Shown: positions 26,101 to 40,051, counted from the first letter of the stretch. The stretch is DNA of 49,398 nucleotides from Reclinomonas americana ATCC 50394 (GCA_048213135.1 PS015060.1:57835-107232); one strand, 5' to 3'. A program made the numbers and translations. The notes: generated from the sequence alone by a model not told the origin.

Positions 26101-27804
26101 CATCGCGAACGACGTGCCTCTTCTTCCAGGAAGCGCACAAAATCGCCGACCGGATCGTCATCATCATCTGCTGCTTCCTGCTTCTTCTCTTCCACCGCCA
26201 CCTTTGTCTTCGTCTTCTTGCTCTTCTTGGCACCCTCTCCGCCATCCGCATCGTCGTTCAGCATCGACGACAGAATCGCGCGTGCCACTGCCGACACCTC
26301 CGTCTGACCAAATCCAACATCCTTCGACGCGCTGCCCGTCGTCACCTCTTCGTCCTCTTCTTCCTCCTCCTCCTCCTCCTCCTCCTCTTCGCCTTCCATA
26401 TCCTCGTCGTCGCCCTCACTGTCACTATCAGAGGCCACAGCAGGGCGTCCACTGCGTGACAGCAGCTCCTTGTACGAGTGCACGACCGGCTTGGCAGGGG
26501 CGCCTGGCACCGGCTTCACTTCCTCCTCCGAGGCCCTCAGTGGCCTGGCGCCAAACGACGGCAAGTCCGACATGCGCACGATGGCCGTGCGTGCTCGTGG
26601 AGGAGGAGCTGCTGCAGTGGAAGCCGCAGGTGTGGCGGTGTCGGCAGTTGTGTCGGCAGCCGGTGTTTCGGCGACTGACTGCGCCTTGACGGCAGCTGCG
26701 CACGAGGAGGTCAGAAAAACGGAGGAGAGAAAGGCAGCCACTTGCCGAGTTGCGACGCACCCACACTCTCCACTGCATCGCGCACTTCACGCGTGGTGCC
26801 GGTGCGCTTGATGACAGAAGCCGGCGCCGCAAACGATGAAGCAGCACCACTGGATGGCGTCGGTCGACCATTCTCCTGCTGCTTGCCATCCTTCTCCTCC
26901 TCCTCCTCCTCATCCTCACTGTCACTTATCCCCTCATTCGCCTCCTCCCGACGCATCCGCTCCACACGCTCACGCAGATCCGCATCCACCAAGTGCCCAA
27001 CACCAGCATCCATCTGCCGCTTCGCCAGCTGCAGCTGCTGCTTGGCAGTCGCACGCTGCATCCCAAGCAGCAGTCAGACTCGTACACAGAGCAATCTCTA
27101 TCCGTGCAAACGACGCACCTGACCCATGCTCGAGCTGGTGGCCAGCAGCGACAGAGACTCGGCCGACAAGGCGGATTTCCTGCACACAGACAGCCAATCA
27201 TCAGCTGGCACTTGAAAGGCACATACCTCACATGCAAGGACACAAAGGTGCGCAACGCTAGTGAGTTCATGGCGGTCTCCGCACGAGCCTCTCTCAGCTT
27301 CTTGGCCTCCCACTGCTGCTGTCGGCGCAGTCGATTCTTGATCACACGAGCAGGCAACTTTGGCTGGCCACTGTCGACTTGCTCACTCTCCTCCTCGCCA
27401 TCACTGTGCTCTGCAGCGTCGGAGGACCTGAGCTTGCTGGGGTCGACCTTGTTGAGCTTCTGTGTGAGCGAGTGTGTGAGTGAGCAAGGAGCAGCTGTGA
27501 CTGTGTGACTGAGAGAAATGCAAGTGACCTTCTTGAATCTGATTCTCTTCTCATCGCGCACTGGCTTGTGCTTGGGGTCAATGAGAATGGCGTTGGTGTC
27601 AGAGGGCAGGCCGCTGCAAGAGAAAAGAGGGGTGAGGGTGTGTCGTGTGCGTGATGTGTGAATCAGCACATGCGCGCGCGCTCACCTGGAAGAACTGGTT
27701 TTGCGCTGCTTTAGCTCAGGGCTCAGCACGGAGTCGACATAGGACTTGGAGTGTGTGTCGCCGCCGTCGTCGGAGGTGCTGCGGGAGCGCTTCCGGGAGC
27801 TCAT
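20143..27804 (-). CDS. DHX37: DEAH-box RNA helicase DHX37/Dhr1, more than 20 exons
   Basis: DTNAILI N-terminal motif, [120 protein letters not shown] 20145-20143. Confidence 0.92.
20706..21495. repeat. (CCTCT)n and (TTTCCCC)n repeats in a DHX37 intron around gap 20980-21399
   Basis: Visible pentamer and heptamer tandem repeats. Confidence 0.9.
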
Positions 27805-28078
27805 TGTGGCGATCAAGTTGCAGGACAATCAATGCAAAATCGGACTGAAGTCGACACGACCAGGCAGCCTCAATCCTGAGAGCGCGATCCTGATCTTACT
27901 AGACGAAGAGCGGTGTGATGTCGACTACGTACGCTGCGCGCAGCGTGCACGTGTTCAGTTCGAATTTATGATCAACTTCGAGTTCGCAAGGCCGTGGTCA
28001 AAATTTCCCTCTGCGATGCTGTTACGCGAACACATTCAGCAGGCTAGAGGGTGTGTAATGCAGAGAGGAAAAATCCAA

Positions 28079-28090
28079 TTTGGCGCCAAA
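28079..28090. promoter_or_regulatory. Palindromic TTTGGCGCCAAA (two overlapping E2F-like TTTSSCGC sites) in the DHX37/NHL divergent spacer
   Basis: Exact 12-bp palindrome about 55 nt upstream of the ATG at 28146. Confidence 0.4.
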
Positions 28091-28145
28091 ATTGGCGTTT
28101 CAACCGTTTTCTTCTTTTGTTATTTTGCATATGCACTGCGAGAAC

Positions 28146-31100
28146 ATGTCACCACCGTTTGACATCTCTCACTCACGTGCTCGACTCGTCGCTGTGCGCC
28201 TCCTCGCCACACTCACGCTCATCATCTTGTTGGTGAACTCCATCTGCAGCGCAAGTTGTGTTTGCGTGCTTGCGTGTGTGTGTGTGCGCGCTCTCTTGCA
28301 CTGCAGCGAGTGTTGTTAAGCGACGCAATTATTAAGCTGCCTCTTACTTGTGTGCCACTAACTACATATATCGCAGACGCCCAGACAGTCACCACCGCTG
28401 TCGCCAACAACATCACTGGCTTGTCCGCCACTCTCAACGCGTGGGTCAATCCCAACAATGTCGCAGGGGGCACCACCAACTCTTTCGAGTGGTCTCCGTA
28501 CGCCACCGCCGTTGGTGTCTCTTCGGCCACTGTCGCCACCTTAGTGGGCACTGCAGCCTCGTCAGGAACGACCGACGGAGTCGGAGCAAGTGCGCGATTC
28601 AACACGCCAATGGTGAATCAAGACGTCTTGCCGATCATGAAACTTGCCTTATGTTGTATGCTAACGCGGCGGGGTGTGCTCTCTCGACAGGGACTGGTCT
28701 TCGATGCAGCAGGCAACGTGTATGTGGGCGATTACGGGTTTGTCATACTTGCGCTCTTTCCTCCAATCCATCCGTCGATTGTTGTGCTTCTTGCTCTGTC
28801 TCTCACTCGTGGATGCTGGCAGCAACTGTCGCATTCGACGCATCACCGCTGCAGCCACAGTGACCACTTTCGCGGGCACCACTTGCGGCCTGTTAGATGC
28901 CACAGGAGTGTCTGCCAAGTTCAAAAAGTGTGTTGTCTTCTCTCTGCTTGTCTCTCGCACACTCACTCACGCACTCTCACAGTGTTGCCGGCCTCGCCAT
29001 TGACCAAACCACGGGAACGATGTATGTCGCCGATGTGAGTGTGTACAGGCATGCATGATCACGTGTGATGCAGGCACGCATTCTCACTCCGACTCTGTGC
29101 GTCTCTCTCCCATAGTTGACAAACCACGCTGTGCGTGCCGTCACCACTGGAGCAGCTGTCACCACACTGGCAGGCAATGGGGCGTCGGGGAGTGCCAATG
29201 CCTCGGGTGCAGCGGCCTCCTTCAATCAGCCTGCCTCGGTGGCGGTGGACGCCACAAACCAGGTGGTATATGTGGGCGACTGGCTCAACAACACTGTGCG
29301 GCGAGTGACCTACGCCGGTGCGGTGACGACCTTCTGTGGCACTGCGGGCATGAGTGGCACTGCCGATGGTGCGTGTGCGGGGGCGGCGCGATTCGGTGGT
29401 CCCAACGGCGTGCTGCTCGTCGGATCCACACTGTATGTTGGTGAGCGTTGTGTGGGAGCGAGAGAAAGATGCCATTACTCCCGTTCTCATCCTCCCTTCC
29501 TGCTTGTGCGTGAGTGCAGCCGACCGCGTGAACAACTCCATCCGGGCGATTGACACGGTGGCGATGACGGTGACGACGGTGGCAGGTTCAACGAGCGGTG
29601 CATCTGGATCCACGGATGGCACCGGTAAGTCCACCACGTGCACCTCTGCGTGATCGATTGCGTGGGGGTGTTCATCGATGTTCATGTATCAGGAACGGCT
29701 GCCCGCTTCAACACGCCCATTGGACTGGCATATGACGCAGGAAATAACGTCATCTATGTTGCCGATGTTGAGTATCGTCCCACTCACTCCGTACCATGTA
29801 CGCCTTCGCCGCTTCTTGATCCTGACTGCCTTGTACCGGACGCAGTCTGTCAACAACACCGTGCGGCAACTCAGTGTGTCAGACTCGTCAGTGACAACGC
29901 TTGGCGGCGCGGCGGGTGTGAGTGGTTCAGCCGATGGCAGTGCACTGACCGTGGCACGCTTCAACTCCCCTGTCCACCTCGCGTTCGATGCATCGACTGC
30001 ATCGGTGCTGGTTGTCGATTACACCACGCACATCATCCGTCGCCTCTCGCTGGCGTCACTAACAGTGTCGGCCACACCCGCCACCGCCACTGGCTCTGCC
30101 GCCACTTCCATCACCGCCTCGCTGACTGGGTTGGCAAGCAACTGGACGTTCTACTATCGCGCCGTTGGTATCATCTCCACACCCAGCACCGTCAATGGCG
30201 CCACCGTGTCCTTCACCACCGCCACCAATGTGGCTCCCACCGATATTAGCTGCTCGTCGACGACGTATGTGTCGCCTTCGGTGGCAAATCAAGTCGTATG
30301 TGCGCTGCAGACGACGGATGCCAACACGGGCCAGTCGTTTACGTACTCAATCATCGGTGGCGCCAACAGCGCGGTGTTTTCGATCAGCGGACAATCGCTG
30401 GTGATTGTGGCGGCGGGGCAGGCGGGCAGCTCGCTGGCGGTGACGATCCGATCGACGGACAATGGATCGCCGCCGCTTTTCTTCGACAAGGCGTTCACGA
30501 TCACCACGGGTGAGGCAATGATAGTGTCTCTCTGTCGCGCTCTCTCTCTTTCTTCTCCTTCTTCATGTCTACCACCATTATTCTCTTCTTCTTCCATTTC
30601 TTCCTCTTTGACTCCTACTCTTCCTCACTTATCCCTTCCTGCCGCTGAATACTTCCCCTTTCTTGTGCCACAGCCACCCAGTCGCTGGCCACGCTGTCGG
30701 CCAGCAATGTGACGACGTCGTCAGTGACATTGAATGCTGTGGTGGGCAACTCTGTTGCGGCCTCCACAATGAGCAACTCGTTCGCGTGGGCGCCGACGGC
30801 AGCGGCTCTTGGTGTGACGCCAGCCGTGTCGACATGGTTGGGGACAGCGGGCATGGCTGGCTCGACAGATGGCACAGGCGCTGCTGCGCTTTTCAGCTCA
30901 CCGGTGGTGAGTGTTCCGTCCAGTGATCGCCCACAATGCGCCTTTGACTCAGCAGAAGAATGCAGAGCATCGCATTTGATGCCTCCGGGACGGCATATGT
31001 GTGTGACCAATCCAACCGCACTATTCGGCGAGTGACAAGTGGAGGTGTGGTGACGACGTTTCTGGGAACTGCCACCACCGTTGGGGCCTTTGTTGATGGC

Positions 31101-34100
31101 GTTGGCCCCGCTGTGCGGTTTAAAACTCTCACTGGCTTGTCGATCGATCAGACCACCGGCTACTTGTACATTTCTGACGTTGCGTTGTCGAGCGTGTTAT
31201 TCTTGGCAAGTGCGTCGCCACTCTCACATCAAAAAAAAACCACGAACTGTAGGGCAACAACCACGCAGTTCGTGTGAGCACGCCTTCCGGCTCCGTGTCA
31301 ACGCTGGCTGGCAACGGATCGTCCGGCACTACGAATGGTACCGGATCGAGCGCGAGGTTCAACTATACACACGGCAATGCGGTTGACGCGTCGAACAAAG
31401 TGCTGTATGTTAGCGACAGGAGCAATTCGGCAATCAGGAAGGTGTGTGTGCGCGCATCGGCACTTGTTGATGTTGCGTCGGTGTACTCATACCACGTCCT
31501 CGCACAACACAGGTTACTTATGGTGGTGAAGTCACCACCTTCTGTGGCACGATGGCAACAGCCGGTGCAGTAGATGGAGCGTGCGCTACAGCACAGTTTT
31601 CTGTGCCTTGCGGCGTGGCCTTGGATACGTTAGCCAATCGGCTGTACATTGGTATGTGTGCCCTGTACAATCTTGGTCACAAAACGCGATCTCACGCATG
31701 GCGATCTGCAGTTGATAACACTCGCCACAACATTCGTGCAATCGACATGGTGGCGATGACTGTGTCGACTCTTGCTGGCTCTGTGACCGCGACAACAGGG
31801 TCGACTGATGCTACTGGTACTCTGGCCCTGTTCAGCTACCCTGTCGGCATCCAGCTCGATCGAGCGCGTGGCGTTCTTTATGTTTCTGATGTTGAGTGAT
31901 TGGGTGATTGAGTGTTTCGTTTTTGGCACCTCATTTAGCGCGACTCTCAAAGGCGGGCAATGCTACTATTCGTCAAATCATCGTCAGCACGGGTGCCGTT
32001 ACAACCATTGCGGGTACTCTGGGTGTCACTGGATCGACCGATGGGAATCCGCTCACCAATGCGAAGTTCTATGGCCCGGTTCGCACTGTCATGTTCTGCG
32101 ACTGCAGCATTTCTTCCTGGGGAGCTCACTTGTGAGTGCAGCATCTTTTTGCGTACGATGCCCCCTCGTCCACTCTCTACATTCCAGGTGCGAGTTTTTC
32201 CAACAGTGTTTGACGTCGGTGAGCTTATTCTTTGTCACCATTCCTCAGATTACTACAGCAACACTATCCGCCGACTTACCATCGGCTCCACCACCGTCAC
32301 GGCCACCCCGGCCACCTCTGGCGTCGCCTCCAGCACCGCCCTGACCGCGTCACTGACTTCGCTCGCCGCCAACTCGACATACTACTTCCGTGCCATCTCC
32401 ACCTCCACTGTGCCCAGCACTCTCACCGGCTCCACCGTGTCCTTCACAACTTCCAATTCGACGCCGACCGACGTCGTCTGCTCTACCTTATCCTACGTCG
32501 CACCGTCGACGGCCAACGTACCAGTGTGCACGATGAGCACCAGTGATAGTGATGGCGGCCAGTCGTACACGTACGTTGTCACTGGTGGAGCGAATGGGAG
32601 TGCGTTTTCTGCGAGCGCTGGCGCACAGCTACAGATCACCTCGGCGGGACAGACGGGGAGTCCACTGGTCGTCACGATTCGCTCGTTCGACAATGGCACT
32701 CCGGCGATGTTCGTCGACAAGACACTCAGTGTGACGGCGGGTGAGTGAGATGTGTTGTGCACGAATGGGGAACATTGAAGGTACTCATTGCCTTCTTGCC
32801 TGCACGCAGTGCCCACTGTGACGTCGTTGTCGGCCACTTTCGTTTCTGCACTGGCTGGCCAGTTGGTGACCCTGACAGGATACGGGTTGCTCGACAACTC
32901 GGCCGACGCCTCGGCGTATGTGTTGGCCTCTCCCCTGTGCGGCGCCACGACACCGCCGACGGCCGTGGCCAGCACCAGCATCAGCAGTGCATTCGGCAGT
33001 GTGAACAGCATTACGTTGACGATTGGGGCGGCGGGTGCAGCAGGTGGCACGTACGAGCTGTGTACGCGATGGACGTCAGCTAGCACGTATGTGGCAGTGT
33101 CGGCTTTTGCCATTGGTGAGTGAGGATAATGCAGGGAGAACTCTGCCTGTGTTTGATCGCGTGCTTGCTTGTTTGTTTGCGTGTGTGTGTGTAGAATTGT
33201 ACTCGTTTCCTTCTTCTTCTTCCTCTTCTTCTTGTTCACTGTTTGTCTCTCTCAGTGTGCGTGCGTGCGTGCGTGCGTGTATGCGTGTATCTGCTGACCA
33301 GAGTGTGTGTGCAGGGAGTGTTGGTCCGAGTGACATTCTGCTGTCGGGTCCGCAGACGTACTCGAGTACGACGGTGCCATTCACCGTGGGCACACTGAGC
33401 ATGGTGGATCTCAACACGGGACAGACGCCGACATTCAGCATTGTGGGTGGTGTACACGCGGCTCTGTTCAGCATCGTGGGTGGCAACCAGCTGACAATCT
33501 CGGTGGCTCCGCCGCTGTATCGGCGATTGCAAGTGTTTGTGCAAGTGAGCGACGGGGCGTTGACGTACACCAAGCAGTTCACGATTGTGTATGGTGCGCC
33601 ATGGGGAAAAAAGGCGGCGGTAGGGTGTGCAGAGAAAGAGAAAACGGAAGCAGCAGATCTGTGTGATTATTGTCGCCCTCCACTCAGAGAAACGAGAATA
33701 TGGGGCGATGAGGGGAAGGAGACTAGAAAACCGGAGCAGCAGATCTTTAATGCCTTTTGTCGCCCTCTTTCCCCTCTACCTGGGACTTGAACATGTGACT
33801 GGTACTGACACTGATACATGTGATTTGTACAGCCTGGAGTGCAGGTTGTTCGACAGTGCAGAATGGAGTTGTGGCTCGTTGCGTTGGTGTCAACTCAGAT
33901 GTGTCGTACTGTCGGCCGTCTCATCTCCGTCACGACGAACAGCCGCCTTGGAAGTGTGCCTTTTCGAGGCAGTGGATCGACCTGGCGGCACAACGTTGGC
34001 GGCGATGCCCTCTGTTGTGAGCGAAGTCGGGTGTTGCGAACTGTGCGACCTGTACCCGCTGTGTCGATCGTGGACATTTCTTGATGCCGCGGCGGCGTCG

Positions 34101-34597
34101 AACTCGTCCGGCGCGAGTGTGTGCACACTGAAGGCATGTAATCGGAGATCGAAGAAGATGAAGGAATGCCAAGCTCACCTTCTTGTTGCACGCAGAGCAC
34201 CGTACCAGCGACGGCCGCCAATGCCGAGACCAGCAACGTGTGTGGCTCGCATTTCTGCTTGGTGTCGGGACGCAAGACGAGTGTGGCAGCGTACGACAGC
34301 AACGGCTTCCAGACCAGCACAGGTGAGTGCTCGCAGAGAAAAGAGATGAGGGAGAGATCTATGACTGACGTGGCTTGTTGACCTGCAGACCGACCTGGTG
34401 GCGATCTCACGTGGGCCATCAAAACGACGACTGGCCCTCAAGCATGCTCGCTGTGGTGTTCGCAGTTGACGGCGTGCGGCTCGTGGACGTTCACGGCGTC
34501 GACGATGCAGTGCGTGCCGAAGAATGGCGTGGTGGCCACATCGACGGCGACAGCGTGTGCGACGAGCGCGGACTGCACATCGGGGTTGAAGATTTGA
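28146..34597 (+). CDS. Large secreted multidomain protein: signal peptide, 2x[split FnIII-like + NHL propeller + cadherin-like], IPT/TIG-like, cadherin-like, 2x PAN/apple
   Basis: Hydrophobic N-terminus (RLLATLTLIILLVNSICSA). NHL repeats such as GTTDGVGASARFNTPMGLVFDAAGNVYVGD. Cadherin-like NVAPTDI...TTDANTGQSFTYSI...IRSTDNGSPPLFFDKAFTIT. PAN-like DRPGG...CCELC...CRSWTF...CTLK. TGA at 34595-34597. Confidence 0.85.
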
Positions 34598-34682
34598 GTG
34601 GTGTTGTCGAGCTCAGTTCTTGCGCAATGCGTCATCGCGCATTGCTTGGATTAATGAATTCCTCGACCTACTACAATACCAT

Positions 34683-37600
34683 TCATTCTTCCATCCCGAG
34701 CAACACAAATTCCAAGTCCATGTCCTCTAACAGTGGCAATCCGCGCAGTCGAGCCACCTCTCCTTCGCTCCAATTCAACGTCTGCATAAGGTACGTGACA
34801 GGCCTGTGGAGAATGACGTCACTGCGATGCCGTTTTCTTCATCACCCGAACAGTACAGCAGGCGACGAAACCTGCGTGTTCGCTTGCTGGCCACACGAGC
34901 ACTATCCGCCGCCTGTATCTTGTGCAATGCGCTGAGGTGTTCGACGGCGACTAGTGGCGGGCGAAGCCGATCGCGAGCGACAAACTGCAAGACCGAGTGC
35001 CCCAGCTCGAGACTGCAAACACGGGTGAGCAACGCGAAGTGGATGGAGTGCCAACTTTTTTTGTGGTTCCGAACCGTCGACTCATTTCAGCCGCATTCTC
35101 CATTGTCAAGCCGCTGCTCGGCAACAAGGCCAAGCTAGCGGCAGTAGGTGGAGTCGACGACGACGACGACGACGACGATGAGCTTGGCATTGCACACTCA
35201 CCGGCCCGAGTCGCAGCCGTTTTACGCAGAGCACACATGGACGCGTTGACCAGCGACAGTGCCTGCGTGGTGATTTTTTGTGAGCTCACACACACCTCCA
35301 CAGCGCTTCACCAAATTCCACCTGCTCACCAGTCGTTCGTCCGCAAGCGCCGCAAACGAAATGCAGTCGGCCAAATCGGCCACAGCTTCAAGCAGCAACA
35401 GCCCGTCCGTCTCCTCCTCGGCGGCCGCCTCTCTTTCGGAAGCAATAGCAGTGCCACACGAGGCAGCACCATTGGCGAATATCACGTCCAACGATGGAAT
35501 GGCGGGGTCCGAGGACCACACTGGGTGAGCACAGGAGGGTGAGGGAGGGAAAAGGCAAGGAGAGAGGGAAAGGAGGGAGAGAGGGAGACAGAGAGAAAGA
35601 GAAACAGAGAAAAAGAAAGAGGGAGAGAAAACATAAGGATTAGGCAAGAGGAATAAGTGAGACTGGGAGGAAGGAGCGAAGAAAAAATGAGGAACGGAGA
35701 CAGAATGTGGGATTGATAGAGTGCATGCCAAGAGTGCAACACAGGGGAGAAAATGAGAGAGGGGGAAAGAGCAAAACAAAACAAAGCAGGAGGAAAGAAT
35801 TCAAGAGAGGGTCACTGAACGCGTGTGTGAGAGAGAAAGGAGAGAAGGCGAGGGACAACGAGAAAGTGAGACTGCAGACGGTTGACCGAGCGAGTTGGAG
35901 AATGGAGAGACAGGAGGGTGCCCAACAACGAACTAGAGAGGAGAAGGCAACGCAGATGGGAAGAGAAGAAGAGATTAGGGGCAGAGACAGAAAGTGAGAT
36001 GGGGGCGAGATGAATGACGGAGAAAGAAAGGAGAGCAAGAGAAAGAGAGAGAGAAAGAGGGGGGAAGTGGAGAGTTGAGGAACAGAATGGGGGAAAGAGG
36101 AAAACGGAGGAAAGGGTGAACAAAGAGAGAGGAGAGATGCGGGAGAGAGACAGCAAACTAGAGAAAAAGAAAGGAGAGAACGTGAATGGGGAAAGAGAAA
36201 GAGTCACAGTGAAAGAGTAGAAAGGTGAAATATCAAACAAACCATGTGGAGGCATCGGCAAATCTCGCATCGCTCGAGTCACCAGTGAGACGCCGAGCAC
36301 GTGTTCTGTGAGTTGCGGCGAAGCGCCCCAGTACTGCAGTTCGTTGGTGAGGCGGCGTCCGTCACAGGACAGCAGCGACGCCAACTGGCTCATGGTATCG
36401 TTGCTGTCCGCAGTCAGGTGAGCGACAAGGCGAATACAGACAGACACAACGACGGCAATCACGCAACGAAATGGTGCGAGGCGTACGTGCGGTAATGACC
36501 GCCAGACATGCTCTTGCGTGTCTCGCCAAGGCGTTGGCTGGAGCACGCTCAAAGTGTAGCACGCGTATCCTGCTGCTACCAACGAGCTCAGCCGGTACAC
36601 CTGCATTGGATCGATTAACGCGAGTTATCAACGGCAACGGTTGATGAGCGCTGCCGCAACTGCTACCCGTCAGCACCACTGGACGCTTCGTGGCCTGCAC
36701 CAGCTCCTGCACACCGGCCAAGAAAGCGCGGTCATCTTCAAATGTCGCATCGACATTCTCAATCAGGAACAGCGTGGACTGTGAAGGCATCAAGTAAGAT
36801 GAAGCAAGGACAGCAGAGAAACATACAACTGCGCCACAAACCCGACTGCTGTGCACGAGATCCAACACGCCGCCACTGCCACTCGCAGCACTCGCTTCCA
36901 CCTCCTCTACCACTTCCTTTTTCTTCCGCAACCGCGTATTCTTCTTGCCAGTTGCTCCATTCGCAGCCGCCGCCGCCGCCGCAGCAGCAGCAGCAGCAGC
37001 AGCGCCACCACCACCCCCACCAAAGAATGACGTCAGAGGCCCGGCATGGGGTGGCGCGGCGGCTTGACGACGCCCTCGCTTGCCCTTGGTGGCGGGGGAG
37101 GCCGGTGGTGCCGGCAACGACCCTGCCCCATGCGCGTCCCCAACAGCATATGACACCGAGTGCGACTGGGTGGCCTCCAAAAACATGCTGGCCAGTAGTT
37201 TGCGAGTGCGCGCGTGCGAGCCTGCATCCAGCTCCACAATTCCCATTTTCAGCACGCTCGCGCACATGGCCAGAGCGCACGATTTGCCGCTGGAGGGGGG
37301 TCTGGGGGGGGGGGGAGGGGAAGGGAGGGAGGGAGGGAGGGGAAGAGGTTAGCACAGTCAAGAAACATGGCGCACAGAGACAGGGAGAATGAGAGTATAG
37401 GGAAGTAGGTGCAGGGTGAATCGGCGGAGGGAGAAGAACAGAATCGTGAGGACGGGTGATTGACAGCAAGGAACAGTGGACTGCTGCATTCAAAGAGGCA
37501 GAGAGTTAATAAGTAGAAAGAGAGGAGAGACCCGTCTGTATCTGTCTCCTGTTGTTGCACGTGGACGCCTTTCCTGTGCGACAGCGCATTGATTTCTCAA

Positions 37601-40009
37601 GCTCTCACAGGCGAGTGATACACGACAAGAGAATCAGTGTGCACAAAGAGAGAGAGAGAAGGGACAAGAGAAGGAGAGAGAGTTGGAGAACATGTTGCAC
37701 GCTATTCACCAGCCGGAATGCGACGTCTGCGCGACAGGGCACGGTTCACTCTCTCTCTCTCTCTCCCGTAGACAATATAACAGACGAGTGAAGGCAGAGA
37801 GAAAGAGGATGTCCCGAGGAAGAGAGAGACGGCGAGAGAATAAGCAAGTGAGAGAAAGAGAGAGAATGCGTTTCATGCTAACCGCCTGACGGAATGCAAT
37901 GCTTGCATCACCAGGCACGTTCTCTCTCTCTCTCCCTACCTCCCTCCCTCCCTCTTCCCGCGCATCACCCTCACCCGCACAGAAACACAGCCGTGACCCG
38001 ACTCGTGTCCTCGTCGGAATAGTCGCTGCACGAGAAGCTCGAGTCGGAATGGTCGCCGCCGTTGCGATCAACGCCGAGTCGTTTCTGTGACAAAGAGACA
38101 GAGCGTGAGAAGATTTAAAAAAGACATGCACACACAATTCAAGTTGATGTACGCAACCCTCTGCTTGTGCCACGACCGCAGGAACGCCAACATCTCGTCC
38201 ACCGCCGCATGATTCCACCACAGCTGATTCGGCTGCCGCGGAGCCAACACGTCGTTCCACAAGCTCGTGGGTGCCGCCTGCAACTCAGTGCGGTACCTCA
38301 CAGCTGCAGACGCGATGAGTTACAGCAGCACGAGCAGCATGCGCTCTGAACTCACCGAGCTCGTTCACGTTGTCCACTGACGCGACGCCGTCATCCGCTA
38401 CGATCGGCATCGCACGACGTGGTGGCAGCAGTCGCATCGGCGCTGGAGTTGTTGATGTTGTCGTCGTGGTCGTCGTTGCAGTGGTGGAAGAGTCGTCGAA
38501 ATCCTCGTGCGCTGCAAATGGCTGCTCACGAGAGGCACACAGACAGTGAGAGAAGAAGAGAGGGAGGGAGAGCGAGAAAAGGAGAGGGAGGGAGAGAGAG
38601 ATGCGGAGAGAGTGAAAGAGAGACGGAAGCAGAGTGAGAGATAAGCTGAGTGAGAAACAGACACAGAGAAGAACAGTAGAGAGAAAGAGAGGAAGCTGAG
38701 AGAGAAGCAGAGAGAAGAGGCAGTAGAGAGAGAGCGAGAAGACAAGATGGTGAGCGAAAAAGGAGAGACAGGCAGAGAAAAGCAGCGTGAGAAGCGAGAG
38801 AGAAGCAGAGAGGGAGAGAGAGAGAAGGGAAGCAAGAGAGAAGCAGAGAGAAAGAGAGAGAGGGAGGGAGACGCAGAGGCGAGAGACGAAGAGAGGAAAG
38901 CAGAGAGGAATGCAGAGAGGCAGAGAGTTAAGCACAGAGAGAAAACAGATCCAGAGAGAAGTGGAGAGAAACAGAGAGAACAAGAGAGGCAAAGAGAAGC
39001 AGAGAGGGACAGAAAGAAAAGCAAAGAGAGAGAGAGAGAGGCACAGAGGGAGAAGCAGAGAGAGAAGAAAATAGAGAGACAAGCAGAGCGGCAAGCACAG
39101 AGAGAAGGAGAGACAAGCAGAGAGAAAAACAGAGAGAAGAATGAGAAGAGACGCACAGAGAGAAGGAGAGAGAGAACCAAGAGGAAGAGAGGAAAAGTGA
39201 AGCACAGAGAGAGAGAGAAAGACAAGCAAACAGAGAGAACCAGAGAGAGTGATGAGAGAGGCAGAGCGAGACAGACAGACAAGAAGGGCGACAAGCACAG
39301 AGGTAAGCAGAGAAAAAGCACAGAGAGAAGGAGAGAACCAAGAGGAAGAGAGGAAGAGAGAAAGAGAGAAGCACAGAGAGAGAGAGACAGAGAGAAGCAG
39401 AGAGAGAAGACCAGAGACAACACGTGATCTGCATTCAATCTGCATCCTCCACTCCTCCCACACACTCACCATCCACCCCACATGACACGGCGGCAACGCC
39501 TCCTCCGGCTCCCTCCCATCCACCACCACCTCCGCCACCTCGGCCACATACTGCACAAACGCGCCAGGCAACAAGAACGGATGACTCTCGCGTCCCTCAC
39601 TCATCGCCGCCACCGCCTCTGCATTGCGTCGCTGGTCCTCCAACTCACGCAACTCGGCCTCCTCTGCGGCCACTCGTCGCCGCTCCTCTGCAGAGAGGAA
39701 GAACAGGGAAGTCGCAGAGGAGGAGGCCTTGTTGCGAGTGCGTTTCGTGGGAGGCTCGTTGGTGGGTGGATCGGGGAGCTCTTCCACCTCATCTGCGCAA
39801 TCCTCCTCTTGCTCTTGCTGCTGCTGTTGTTGTTGCGCGAGGGCGGTCAGAGTGCGTTTGCGTGTGGACCGACGCAGTTTCATAATGTCAAAGGCGGAGG
39901 GAGGTGCAGGTGGAGGAGGTGGAGGAGGTGGAGCAGGTGCGTCTCCTCCGCGTGCAAGAGAGGTCAGTTCGTTGAAACCTTCTGCGAGGTCGGGGTCGAA
40001 GAAGGCCAT
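34683..40009 (-). CDS. ATAD5: ATAD5/Elg1 PCNA unloader (alternative RFC large subunit)
   Basis: LWNDVLAPRQ..EMLAFLRSW, spliced Walker A FLCG|PPSSGKS (intron 37974-37302), ELDAGS, EATQSHSV, LFLIENVD..DDRAFL..ATKRPVVLT and C-terminal SKRTRRPVTYL follow the ATAD5 layout. Confidence 0.85.
38545..39420. repeat. GA-rich low-complexity tract filling an ATAD5 intron (CT-rich on the sense strand)
   Basis: Degenerate (GCAGAGAGAA)-like repeats. A similar tract lies at 35535-36225. Confidence 0.85.
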
Positions 40010-40043
40010 TTTTGCGCGCGGAAAAAGTGGAAAGTTGGTTTGC

Positions 40044-40051
40044 GCGGGAAA
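40044..40051 (-). promoter_or_regulatory. E2F-like site TTTCCCGC upstream of ATAD5
   Basis: GCGGGAAA on the + strand, about 35 nt before the ATAD5 ATG, in the 380-bp divergent spacer. Confidence 0.4.

Noticed and set aside
37293-37974. Apparently missing Walker A motif in ATAD5
   Set aside because: Splicing 37975 to 37301 restores G-PPSS-GKS.
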